Source of the DNA: a virus
Taxonomy: Duplodnaviria; Caudoviricetes
Virus record (IMG/VR): IMGVR_UViG_3300042363_001420
Strand: one strand, 5' to 3'
Length of the DNA: 64,000 bases
Shown here: positions 10,005-18,607 of the stretch, one piece after another
Numbering within the stretch: position 1 is the first letter of the stretch
Layout of the letters: each line of letters starts with the position of its first letter
Made by a program: the position numbers and the translations under genes
Notes under the pieces: model-generated
The model's database searches: none
Told to the model about the DNA's origin: nothing
Seen by the model: only the letters and a program-made list of their open reading frames with translations

Positions 10005-10069
10005 AAATTTCTCCTAAATGGATTATGGCCCATTAACCTTCTGCATGTCCTTGAGGCGGACGATTCCTA
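10005..10069 (-). promoter_or_regulatory. Structured leader of polB (two hairpins, possible pseudoknot, next to the SD)
   Basis: GTCC-GCCTCAA-GGAC hairpin whose loop GCCT can pair with downstream AGGT; AATGG-GCCATAAT-CCATT hairpin directly 5' of TAGGAG. Confidence 0.45.
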
Positions 10070-10369
10070 TAACGTGATTAATCTGATCAGTGCTGCTATG
10101 TCGATACTTATTAGCAAAATATAATTGCCTAACATTCCAAGACTTTGTCGTGTCCAAGCTGCCCACGCAAATATTCCGCATTGTACAATAAACATAGGAT
10201 ACAGCAACAAAAATGGTGGATGTGGCAATGTAAAAGCCATTATCAAACTACAGGCAATGCTAGTAGCCCAAGCAACAACTTCTAATATAAATCTCAAAGG
10301 CCATACTCGAAAGTCTTTTTCAGCCCAGTTTAATATATCATGTGCAAAATTGCGTAACCAAACTGTCAC
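10067..10369 (-). CDS. Small membrane protein (about 3 TM helices)
   Basis: Three hydrophobic stretches. Confidence 0.7.
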   Translation of the reverse strand: MTVWLRNFAHDILNWAEKDFRVWPLRFILEVVAWATSIACSLIMAFTLPHPPFLLLYPMFIVQCGIFAWAAWTRQSLGMLGNYILLISIDIAALIRLITL

Positions 10370-10623
10370 AGAGTTTTGCCCACTGTGGTTAGAATAGTTT
10401 CTAGCAATTCGTGATCCTGTTGCTCTTTGCCAAACTCAGCCTTGTGTGCCAATCTAATGGCTTTTTTAAGAATGTTGGGTTTGATTTCTAATTCCTCAGC
10501 TACAGCTTTGATAGTGTCACTGAGCCCGGAGTTGAGAGTTTCAACTTCGTGCATGACTTGCATGCCTTCATTGATCATCTGAGTAAGCTTGGCTTTTTGT
10601 TCGCTGCTGAAAGTACGGTCCAT
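10366..10623 (-). CDS. dsDNA-binding protein, T4 DsbA/GapR-like
   Basis: 85 aa helical, DTIKAVAEELEIKPNILKKAIRLAHK. Confidence 0.7.
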   Translation of the reverse strand: MDRTFSSEQKAKLTQMINEGMQVMHEVETLNSGLSDTIKAVAEELEIKPNILKKAIRLAHKAEFGKEQQDHELLETILTTVGKTL

Positions 10624-10668
10624 TATTATTTCCTTAAAAGTTAAATTATAGAGTGTTTTTTAATAAAT

Positions 10669-11574
10669 TTAAATCTTTTTGAGTAAGTCTGTATCAAAAT
10701 TCACAGACAGTTGGTCTGTGTACTTCTTAATTATACCGCCAATTACTAATTGTCTATTTTGTCTTAATCGGTCTGACATTTGATGTCTTAGATCAGAAAC
10801 ATATAGCAAGTCTGTTAGTAATCGTCGATTTGCATCCAGTGCCTGTTGTATACGTGTTATTGGATCCGACAGATGTTGATAGCTGTGGTCAACTATGTCG
10901 TCAAAAGTATCAAAGCCTATATTCTTCCAGAGGTCAGCTTGTTTCCGACCTCCTAGCCAAATTGGAAAATTTAAACTTAACATAGCCCAAAGAGTTTTTT
11001 CTGTAAACGTCATGTTATCATGCCATTCTGGCTCGATAGTCTCGGTTATCAATGCCACTGCGGATCTGTCAAAAACGTTATCTCTTAAAAAACTATTATA
11101 GTCAGCTACATTATTATACACTAATTGTCTTGCTGGACCAAAGTATTTTGGCTTAACACCATCACTAAAGTCGTTGGTTCCGGAATAGATATAACTGCTA
11201 GTAGTTAAACCTTTGTCTAGCAGTTCTGCTGCTATCATTTGACGCAGCAATCTAGGTTTATAAATCATAAAATTGAAACAATCTATAGTGCTTACGTTGT
11301 TGTTTAATATCGGATGGCCGTAGTTGAAATCACAAAATACACTAAGCCAGACTGGGGCAAATACTGTTTCTCTATGACTACCCACTGGCAACCAAAAAAA
11401 ATCTTGAAATATCTTGGTGTGTTGACAACCGCGCTGATCAAGTAATAGGTCAAGATCGACTGGATTGTAATGGTCTGAGACTCTGACCCAGTCTGTGTTA
11501 CTTGATAGTTCTTGCTTGGCAGTTAATGTGGGTCCGTGTATATTAACAACTGATAGAGTTTTGTGGTCGGCCAT
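10669..11574 (-). CDS. GT10 (fucosyltransferase)-like glycosyltransferase-fold protein, paralog 1
   Basis: ALITET...FTEKTLWAM...FPIWLG...GFDTFDDIVDHSY. Confidence 0.5.
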   Translation of the reverse strand: MADHKTLSVVNIHGPTLTAKQELSSNTDWVRVSDHYNPVDLDLLLDQRGCQHTKIFQDFFWLPVGSHRETVFAPVWLSVFCDFNYGHPILNNNVSTIDCFNFMIYKPRLLRQMIAAELLDKGLTTSSYIYSGTNDFSDGVKPKYFGPARQLVYNNVADYNSFLRDNVFDRSAVALITETIEPEWHDNMTFTEKTLWAMLSLNFPIWLGGRKQADLWKNIGFDTFDDIVDHSYQHLSDPITRIQQALDANRRLLTDLLYVSDLRHQMSDRLRQNRQLVIGGIIKKYTDQLSVNFDTDLLKKI

Positions 11575-12703
11575 TTCTATGCAAGTCGTTGGTTACGCAA
11601 TGAATACCACAGTCCCAGAAATACTTGTGCCTAAACGGAACCACGTGTACTTCGATACCTCGTTTAGCACAAGCTGCTTCAACTTGATCGTTGTGAGTAG
11701 ACACTACAATATTTTTTGGATTTACTATTAAAATGTTAACATCAAAAACAGTTTCCGAAACTTGGCCGACCCACTCATCAAAATAGTGATCTACCATGTT
11801 GATCATGTTGGTATCTTTTTCAAATCCCGGAACAAACCAGCGACCTTTGTTGTGACGCATACTGGATTCAAATTTTCGCATGTGACTGTAATTACTAGGC
11901 GGCAAATAAACAACCTCCCAATCTGGAAATGTGTCAGCATAAGTAGGCACATCATTGAGACTAACAATCAAGCCCGGTGTTATAGGACAATAAACAGCAT
12001 CGCCGTGGCCGCCGGCGTTGACAACATGATTCCGAGTATTGGGGAATAATTCGTTGACCTGATTTAAAATTTCCTGTTTATTGTCGTAGTAGGTTTGTGT
12101 TGCAAAAAATAAATCATTGCCGATCCTGCTAACAAAACAACCGTTGATAAAATCTAGTTCTGTTTTTATAATTTCTGTGCCGCTGTTGTTAATTTTGTCA
12201 AACACATGATTGTAAAAATTTAATTTAGCATCAAGATGCAGTTGATCCATTTGCTTGAATTTTTCAAATTTCTCACTGATTTCCTGCTGAAACTCCGGAT
12301 AGTGATTATAAAAATCCACAGGCCTTACAAAGTCCGGCCACCAGTCCTGTTTGTTCTGACGATAAAATACACTCCAGGCATGGCTGGCATTAGGTACAGA
12401 AGGAATCCAGAATTTGTCTTGAATCATAATAAAATAATCACGCGGAGCCGTTGGTGGCTGCACCCATTTTCCATTGATGTACAGTTCGTTGAGATCGTCT
12501 GGAAACTCCGGTCTCGTGACTTCTACATCAAACTTGTTTAATAATTTTATCAGTGTTTGATAGTCTTCTTCAGTTTCTTCAGCAAGTTTTTCAAATTTTT
12601 TGCGAGTCTTGGAATTCTCTATCCAAGAATAGAATTCAGGAGGGTATGTTTTTCCAACAAGACAAACTTGTAAAGGATCCCAGTGTTGATATACATTATA
12701 CAT
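11543..12703 (-). CDS. Amidinotransferase (glycine/inosamine-phosphate amidinotransferase family)
   Basis: WDPLQVCLVG, PRD, GHGD, FDVNIL and GIHCVTNDL, including the catalytic Cys. Confidence 0.85.
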   Translation of the reverse strand: MYNVYQHWDPLQVCLVGKTYPPEFYSWIENSKTRKKFEKLAEETEEDYQTLIKLLNKFDVEVTRPEFPDDLNELYINGKWVQPPTAPRDYFIMIQDKFWIPSVPNASHAWSVFYRQNKQDWWPDFVRPVDFYNHYPEFQQEISEKFEKFKQMDQLHLDAKLNFYNHVFDKINNSGTEIIKTELDFINGCFVSRIGNDLFFATQTYYDNKQEILNQVNELFPNTRNHVVNAGGHGDAVYCPITPGLIVSLNDVPTYADTFPDWEVVYLPPSNYSHMRKFESSMRHNKGRWFVPGFEKDTNMINMVDHYFDEWVGQVSETVFDVNILIVNPKNIVVSTHNDQVEAACAKRGIEVHVVPFRHKYFWDCGIHCVTNDLHRNGRPQNSISC

Positions 12704-13553
12704 TTTTTATCTTTTTAAAAGTTACAGTAGTTTGATGGTCAACAATGCTTGAGTGATCTTGATTGGTAGGACACTGGCGACACAGTTGATGTGGTTTTCC
12801 GAAATTATTAATAAATTTATTCAAATCTTGCTCAGAACAATTGTTGTCGAGTCCGGCATCGATATAAGGGTTCCATAGGTCATAATTTGGATAATCGTAT
12901 CTTTGCAGCAGCTCCGGCGTAAGACCGACAGTTCCACATTTGTAGATACGACCATTATATAGCAACGGGCAACGCTGTTGTACACAAAAATCAAAAGCTT
13001 CTGCTGGATTATTATTGTGCGGCTGCATATTATGGTACTCGCCTTGAAACGTTTTTAAAAATTGTGTAGGTTTTGCAATTTGAAATCTTAGATTATGTTT
13101 GCGTCCCCACCGCTTAATTCCAAATTCTTCAACCGGTTCCCAATCCCAGGCTGAAAATATCTTCTCTACAACTGAATTGATTCGATCGTCGTTGACATGC
13201 TGACTGATTTTTAATACTGTGTTGCCAAGATCTTGAAGTAGTTCTACAATGTGCCAGTTGCGTTCTAGAAGTAGACCATTGGTGACAAAGCGTATCTGTG
13301 CCGATGGTAATATTTGACGCATACCAATCAACCAATCTGTAATTTGTGGATTAATCAACGGTTCTCCGCCCATTACCCCAATTGCTTGAATTTCTAATCT
13401 CTTAGTCCAAGGTTCAAGCCAATTCTTGCCCTGGTCCCAGGTTGTATACCCGGAATATTTTAAATCTGAAAATGTAGTACATCCCTGGCAACTCAGATTG
13501 CAGGTTCTAATTATCAATATTTCTAAGAAGGGTAGTATAGGAAGTTGATTCAT
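12696..13553 (-). CDS. Radical SAM protein
   Basis: CNLSCQGC (CxxxCxxC), MGGEP, VTNG, C-terminal Cys cluster (GRIYKC, CRQC). Confidence 0.9.
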   Translation of the reverse strand: MNQLPILPFLEILIIRTCNLSCQGCTTFSDLKYSGYTTWDQGKNWLEPWTKRLEIQAIGVMGGEPLINPQITDWLIGMRQILPSAQIRFVTNGLLLERNWHIVELLQDLGNTVLKISQHVNDDRINSVVEKIFSAWDWEPVEEFGIKRWGRKHNLRFQIAKPTQFLKTFQGEYHNMQPHNNNPAEAFDFCVQQRCPLLYNGRIYKCGTVGLTPELLQRYDYPNYDLWNPYIDAGLDNNCSEQDLNKFINNFGKPHQLCRQCPTNQDHSSIVDHQTTVTFKKIKNV

Positions 13554-14651
13554 TTATTCTAATACATTTATCATGATTTCCAGGCTGTTTTTATTAAATT
13601 CTTCAGCGCAGCGATAAAAACCTCCTGAAACAATCCAGTGTTTATTGTGCAAACAAGAATCCCTGGTTTGTTGATAAAGATCGTTGGTAGTAATATTATT
13701 CAAAGATTTTATAGTGTTAGTCAACTTGACAAGACGGTCTAAGTCACCCACTATCAGATCAAAAGAAAGGTCAAGACTGTAGTTAAATTTAAATCCAAAT
13801 TTCTCAAGAGTCTGATATGTATTCGACTGTCCATTGGCCAAAAACGCAGTTTCCCCTAACAAACATTTAAGAGTTTTTTCTGTTATAAAAGGTCCCGGTA
13901 ACTGACGATCTACAAGTAACGAATAGTTCCAACTTTCGTTGGTAATGTTTATTGCAGCACTTTGATAGGCTAAATGATGATAATCGTACAACAAGGTTAT
14001 ATTATTTTTTTCAACAACAAACTTGTTGTCCAGTGTTTTTTGATAAACTTCGAATTTTTCTAAAAAAAGATTTTTGTAAAAATTAACAATTTCATTGTCA
14101 GTATCTTGCCAATTATGAACATTTTTATTTTCAATCCAGTTGTGTAAACTGTAGTAAACATCGTTGTAATCGATGTGTTCGAGCACAGCAGACAATGCAA
14201 CTGATTTGCTATAAGTTACTCGGTTAGTAAGAACACTGACTTTTTTGTCAACGGATTTTACAACATCGGATCCAAACTGTTTTAACATTCGATTCAGCTG
14301 GTAATGCCATTCCACACAGGGTAGAAAATGTATGTTAGTGTAAGATTCAAAATAGTTGTAGCTGTTGGGCAAACAACAAACAAAAATTAAACCATCTACT
14401 AGATTGGCTTGACGTTCTATCCAACCGACATTGGGTCCTTCAGTTTTAATTAAGTAATAAGAATACCCATCGGGTAGATCCTTATGTTGAGTGTACCAAT
14501 TGATGCTGGCCCAAAAAACATTCTTACCGATCAATGGTCTTAGAAAATTCCAGTCGTGAAAATCAGTAGAGTCAGTTATTTCTTCCCAAATTTCTGGAAG
14601 AAAGAAATGATTTGAATTTTTGATCAATTTAAATCCTGTTGTATGTAACAA
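13554..14651 (-). CDS. GT10-like glycosyltransferase-fold protein, paralog 2 (TTG start uncertain)
   Basis: AINITNES...FITEKTLKCLL...TLEKFGF...DLSFD. Confidence 0.5.
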   Translation of the reverse strand: MLHTTGFKLIKNSNHFFLPEIWEEITDSTDFHDWNFLRPLIGKNVFWASINWYTQHKDLPDGYSYYLIKTEGPNVGWIERQANLVDGLIFVCCLPNSYNYFESYTNIHFLPCVEWHYQLNRMLKQFGSDVVKSVDKKVSVLTNRVTYSKSVALSAVLEHIDYNDVYYSLHNWIENKNVHNWQDTDNEIVNFYKNLFLEKFEVYQKTLDNKFVVEKNNITLLYDYHHLAYQSAAINITNESWNYSLLVDRQLPGPFITEKTLKCLLGETAFLANGQSNTYQTLEKFGFKFNYSLDLSFDLIVGDLDRLVKLTNTIKSLNNITTNDLYQQTRDSCLHNKHWIVSGGFYRCAEEFNKNSLEIMINVLE

Positions 14652-14662
14652 TTATAACAGAT

Positions 14663-14770
14663 AAAAAAGAAAAATAAAACCCCCTGTTTTCAAAACAAGG
14701 GTAGCGAATCCTGTTTCGATGGCCGGGGGTGCCAGACGCCTTAGGCTGCTAACGCAGACGGTCCTAAGGG
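14663..14770 (-). ncRNA. Candidate cis-regulatory structured RNA ending in an intrinsic terminator
   Basis: CCTTAGG/CCTAAGG stem enclosing CTGC-GTTA-GCAG; terminator CCCTTGTTT/AAACAGGGG plus T tract; competing helix GAAACAGG/CCTTGTTTT. Confidence 0.55.
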
Positions 14771-15474
14771 GATGTTCTGATTTTAGCTAACTTCAGCCAA
14801 GACAAAGTTTTAATCCAAAACCAACCGATGTCAAATTCCCACCACATGCGACTCAGCTTGGGATTGGCTGCATCCAAATGATGGTTATTATGTAATTCCT
14901 CACCGCCAATGACAATACCCCAGGGTATTAAATTGGTACTGCAATCCTTAGAGTCGCCGTTTCTGTATCCCCACCAATGTCCTAATCCGTTGACTACACC
15001 TGCTGCCCAAAACGGAATCCAAGCCATTTGCATCAGCCACATAACAATACCCCATCCATTAAACAAGGCAGTTTCGATGATCAGCAACAACAAGACACCT
15101 ACTACGCTGTAGCGACTGTAAACGTTGCGTTCCATCCAGTCGTTGGGTGTGGCATAGCCCAGTCGATCAACCATTTCTTGATCTTTAGAAGCTGAATTAT
15201 ACAACCAAGCACCGCCTAGCAACACACGCCAGATGCCGTGTATATGTGGACTATGAGGATCTCCAACTCGTTCACATTTTTGATGGTGTAATCTATGTAC
15301 CGCTACCCACTCTTTAGTGACCATGCCTGTGGTCAACCATAGCCAAAAACGCATCACATGTGATACTGTAGGATGCAGTTCGACTGATCTGTGTGCTTGA
15401 CTACGGTGTAGGAATATAGTCACTGACAATATAGTCAAGTGAGTCATTATTAAAACCAAAATTAATTCTGTCAT
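14764..15474 (-). CDS. Membrane fatty acid desaturase (delta-9 type)
   Basis: His boxes HRSQAH, HRLHH, HNNHH; WEFDIGW. Confidence 0.93.
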   Translation of the reverse strand: MTELILVLIMTHLTILSVTIFLHRSQAHRSVELHPTVSHVMRFWLWLTTGMVTKEWVAVHRLHHQKCERVGDPHSPHIHGIWRVLLGGAWLYNSASKDQEMVDRLGYATPNDWMERNVYSRYSVVGVLLLLIIETALFNGWGIVMWLMQMAWIPFWAAGVVNGLGHWWGYRNGDSKDCSTNLIPWGIVIGGEELHNNHHLDAANPKLSRMWWEFDIGWFWIKTLSWLKLAKIRTSP

Positions 15475-15812
15475 TTTCCGTCCTTGGCTAATCGAGCACC
15501 TTTGTTGAAACTGGGGCTATAGGGACTGTTGCCTTCTACACCGCCACGGGCCTTGCTCCAAGCATAGCCAGCACGATGCCCCGAACAGTCTTTGGTACAC
15601 TGACTGCCCAAGAATTTTAGTTCGTCCAATTGAGCCCGGGTCCACTCGTCGGGAATTGTTCCATGTTTTTCCACAAACAAATCGTGCAATTTTTTAGCAG
15701 TAATACCATGCTCACGAGCAATGGTCTGCATCATGTGATCTATTGCATCATAACCGGTTGGATTTTTTAGATCTTTTTCCAATGCGCCCACTGCAAATTC
15801 TGCAGCTCTCAT
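15471..15812 (-). CDS. Putative internal head protein (MRAAEF leader)
   Basis: Shared N-terminal leader; CTKDCSGHRAGYAW. Confidence 0.6.
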   Translation of the reverse strand: MRAAEFAVGALEKDLKNPTGYDAIDHMMQTIAREHGITAKKLHDLFVEKHGTIPDEWTRAQLDELKFLGSQCTKDCSGHRAGYAWSKARGGVEGNSPYSPSFNKGARLAKDGK

Positions 15813-16036
15813 CTAGCGCCTTTAAACCATAACTTGAACCATTCTTCAGTTCCAGGTTTAATGTTATGCTGGCGTTGTATTACACCGCAGTTGGTGTCTT
15901 TAATATTAGGTAGGCTCATACGTTTAGCTTCTCGTGCTGCTAAATTGTTGTATATAGGATCATCAGGCGGCATCACACAATCGGGCTCTGTGGAATAACT
16001 CAAATCAGTAGTTGAAAAACAAATTCGATCAATCAT
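15809..16036 (-). CDS. Hypothetical protein; start revised to MIDRI
   Basis: ATG follows GAGGA right after the upstream stop; C-terminal NIKPGTEEWFKLWF. Confidence 0.6.
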   Translation of the reverse strand: MIDRICFSTTDLSYSTEPDCVMPPDDPIYNNLAAREAKRMSLPNIKDTNCGVIQRQHNIKPGTEEWFKLWFKGAR

Positions 16037-16037
16037 G

Positions 16038-16445
16038 TTAATCCTCAATAGGGCCACCTTCAACCCAAGCTGAACAAGTGCGCTTGGCAGCACATTTAAA
16101 TTTTAAAAACTTGCAGTAGCCCAAGGTACCAGCGTCGATTGTGTCAGCAGGGTCGCTACTGGGCTCGCTGCCAATACCCTTGGCAATACAGTCCTGCATT
16201 TTCTGCGTGATATCAAATGCTGCACAGTTGCCGCAACGAGCTGACTTAGCTGATTCGGCATCATCCATGTTCCATTCTGCTGCAATTCGACTCCAGTATT
16301 CTTTGTTGGGTTCATTGGGATCAAGAGGGCCATACATATATTCATCTATGGCCTTTTTTCTATTGCGCAGATTCAAATCGATACTCTGAGTTGCCGATGG
16401 ACAACCCTGCTCAACAGCTTCTAACAAATTTAATAAATCTCTCAT
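16038..16445 (-). CDS. Cys-rich putative internal head protein (MRDLLNLLE leader); start revised
   Basis: RCGNCAAF...GYC...FKCAAKRTCSAW; ATGA coupling with the upstream ORF. Confidence 0.65.
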   Translation of the reverse strand: MRDLLNLLEAVEQGCPSATQSIDLNLRNRKKAIDEYMYGPLDPNEPNKEYWSRIAAEWNMDDAESAKSARCGNCAAFDITQKMQDCIAKGIGSEPSSDPADTIDAGTLGYCKFLKFKCAAKRTCSAWVEGGPIED

Positions 16446-16582
16446 TCGGCTCTCACTTGTTTGACGGCATCTGACATCATTTTTCTTGCCTGTGTCCAAC
16501 TTGCAGCAAGAAATGTAAATTCAACAGATTCCGTTACACCCGTCGAATTGGCTACTGGTAACCAAAATTTAAACTGTTTCAT
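16442..16582 (-). CDS. Small hypothetical protein, 46 aa (not in ORF track)
   Basis: MKQFKFWLPVANSTG...QVRAE; AGGAG upstream; stop overlaps the next ATG. Confidence 0.6.
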   Translation of the reverse strand: MKQFKFWLPVANSTGVTESVEFTFLAASWTQARKMMSDAVKQVRAE

Positions 16583-16606
16583 AACCTGCTCCTTTTATTA
16601 TTTTTA

Positions 16607-16678
16607 TTACACAGGGCTATAAGGATTTCTTTTTTGATCTGAATCAATTGGTACTTCCGGATACACTGGATAATCCAT
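16607..16678 (-). CDS. Candidate 23-aa micro-ORF MDYPVYPEVPIDSDQKRNPYSPV
   Basis: TAATG coupling to the upstream stop; fills the gap. Confidence 0.4.
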   Translation of the reverse strand: MDYPVYPEVPIDSDQKRNPYSPV

Positions 16679-16914
16679 TATCGACAAATCCTTACATTAC
16701 GGTAAGTGCGATAATAAGAGTCCCAACGCTGTGTCCAATAGCATGTGGGCTGACGATAGTAAATAGGCGGCGCAGGTCTATAGTACACAGGTGGTGCTAC
16801 ATACACCGGGCGAGGTTGTACATAAACCGGTGCAGATGGCACATAATAAGGTGTGTAAGCTACACAACCCGAAAGGCCAATTGCGGCAACTGCTGCTATC
16901 AGGATTCTTTTCAT
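16678..16914 (-). CDS. Pro/Tyr-rich lipoprotein
   Basis: Signal peptide with lipobox LSGC; PVYV repeats. Confidence 0.75.
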   Translation of the reverse strand: MKRILIAAVAAIGLSGCVAYTPYYVPSAPVYVQPRPVYVAPPVYYRPAPPIYYRQPTCYWTQRWDSYYRTYRNVRICR

Positions 16915-17078
16915 TTGATATTTCGACTCTTTGATCGTTTGGGTGCTGCACTTTCTTTAGGCACACAGTTGGGCACAGTACGGCCACCTTTCTTTTTGGT
17001 GCCTGCTCTTCGATAGCCAATCCAACAGGAATCTGCGGCAACTTCATTCAATGCAGAAAATAGTTGATTTAGTCTCAT
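16911..17078 (-). CDS. 55-aa basic putative internal head protein (not in ORF track)
   Basis: MRLNQLFSALNEVAADSCWIGYRRAGTKKKGGRTVPNCVPKE...; stop overlaps the next ATG. Confidence 0.7.
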   Translation of the reverse strand: MRLNQLFSALNEVAADSCWIGYRRAGTKKKGGRTVPNCVPKESAAPKRSKSRNIK

Positions 17079-17096
17079 AATAGTTTATTATACCAA

Positions 17097-17501
17097 TTAT
17101 TTTGTTTTGCTTGCAACATTTCGTGCAGCACCCTGGCGATCGGGATTCTTGTCTTTGACACGTTTGCGTCGTACTGCTGCTGCTATAGCACTCTTACCAC
17201 CAGACGCACGTAGGCTGGCAGCACGACTCTTGCTTAGACACTTGGGTTTGCCTTCGCCGGGTTTACGATCTCCGCATTTGCCAATTCTTTCGCCTTTGGT
17301 GTTGTATCTATCCCAACCACCGCCTCCAGCACCACCACCTTTGCCTGTACCAAACCAGTCGCGTAGATTTTCTGCTAGGTCTTCGTTTTTGTTGCGACCG
17401 GCACAATGCGCTTTTTGGCTAAAGCCCTTGGGATTGGAGCAGTTGATGCTGCTCTTGTATTTTTTACTCCACGCCTCGGCTACGAATTCATCGGCTCTCA
17501 T
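17097..17501 (-). CDS. Basic putative internal head protein (MRADEFVAE leader); start revised
   Basis: ATGA coupling; modules WSKKYKSSINCSNPKGFSQKAHC and LRDWFG...KPKCL. Confidence 0.7.
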   Translation of the reverse strand: MRADEFVAEAWSKKYKSSINCSNPKGFSQKAHCAGRNKNEDLAENLRDWFGTGKGGGAGGGGWDRYNTKGERIGKCGDRKPGEGKPKCLSKSRAASLRASGGKSAIAAAVRRKRVKDKNPDRQGAARNVASKTK

Positions 17502-18607
17502 TTTTTGCTCTTGTTGCCCCAGTTGGCAGCACCCACCTTTCGGCATTTTACCAAAGCTCCGGATGCATAAGCACTGGGCCAAATCTTGTAGCGACTTTTT
17601 ACTTTGTTATAGCAGGCGTCTTTGCCGGCTTCGTCGAGGTAGTCGGCCGATTCTGTCTGAGTACGACGTCGTGCGCAGTACATTTCACAGGCCATGACAG
17701 CTTCGTCCAAGTTGTTAAACTTGCTGTTGGCTGTTTTGTTTTTGATCGACACACGGAACCCGTCGTCTTCGTTGCCGTGGATCTGTATTTCATGTCCGTC
17801 ATCTGTGGTCACAGTTTTGACTGGTGGACCCATTTGATCACCAGGTGCCTTAGCTGCCAACTTGTCTATCAGATCAGGATCTTTTTTAATCTCTTTGCCG
17901 ATGTCGCTCAAGTAGTCTCCTAATCGAGCTTTTAGTTTAGTGATGATATCTTCTTTGGTGATATCTTCTTTGAATATCCAGCCGGGTGGTGGAGTTTTTG
18001 TTACATAGTGACTAGCTATATTATCACCTTGTATAACAACCACCTTGTACTCGCCTTTGGCATTGGGACCTGTTACGCTTTGAATACGTTTTTGGAAATC
18101 ATGTGAGTCTTTGCTGGGATCTGATCCCATAGTTGTAGTTAAAGTCCGATCACTTTTTATAGAAGTATCATATCCAGATGTTCCCCAGCTGGGATCAAAC
18201 TTGTCAGTGGTTTGAGCTTGGGCGCCGCCGCCGAACGCAGCAGCACCAGCAAGAACGGCACCTGCTACTTTCTGCTTTATACCTTCTTCAACGCTTTCAT
18301 CATAGTGCCCGGGCTGTGCTTGGGCTTCTTCGTAACCGGCCATCCACTGTGCATGCTCAGCTGTGCCGGGCTTGTACGGACATGCAGTTTCGTCTTGCCC
18401 GGCTCGATGACCAGCACGCCAGCCTTGATCATAAGGATCTTTGCTGCTGATACTTTCGTTGGCGCCCACAGCATAACCAGTCATAGGATGACGAGGATCT
18501 GTGGGGCTGTTTAATACGCTTATTTTTTTCGGACGGAACATAGCAGGCAGCTGCGGAACCGAACGTTGTTGTTGATTAAGAGACTCTAAAAGTTGATTTA
18601 TTCTCAT
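17498..18607 (-). CDS. Modular putative internal head protein containing an RMF-like segment
   Basis: MRINQLLES leader; YDQGWRAG...ACPY...WMAGYEEA; C-terminal DACYNKVKSRYKIWPSAYASGALVKCRK. Confidence 0.65.
   Translation of the reverse strand: MRINQLLESLNQQQRSVPQLPAMFRPKKISVLNSPTDPRHPMTGYAVGANESISSKDPYDQGWRAGHRAGQDETACPYKPGTAEHAQWMAGYEEAQAQPGHYDESVEEGIKQKVAGAVLAGAAAFGGGAQAQTTDKFDPSWGTSGYDTSIKSDRTLTTTMGSDPSKDSHDFQKRIQSVTGPNAKGEYKVVVIQGDNIASHYVTKTPPPGWIFKEDITKEDIITKLKARLGDYLSDIGKEIKKDPDLIDKLAAKAPGDQMGPPVKTVTTDDGHEIQIHGNEDDGFRVSIKNKTANSKFNNLDEAVMACEMYCARRRTQTESADYLDEAGKDACYNKVKSRYKIWPSAYASGALVKCRKVGAANWGNKSKK

Noticed and set aside
14663-14770. Assignment of the structured RNA to preQ1, SAM, guanidine, twister, hammerhead or HDV classes
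   Set aside because: I could not find their core consensus nucleotides by eye, so it is left unclassified.
17107-17697. 196-aa plus-strand ORF and similar ones (4034-4381, 29171-29638, 43322-43813, 47503-47952, 56417-56809)
   Set aside because: They are antisense shadows of well-supported minus-strand genes and lack motifs or expression signals.
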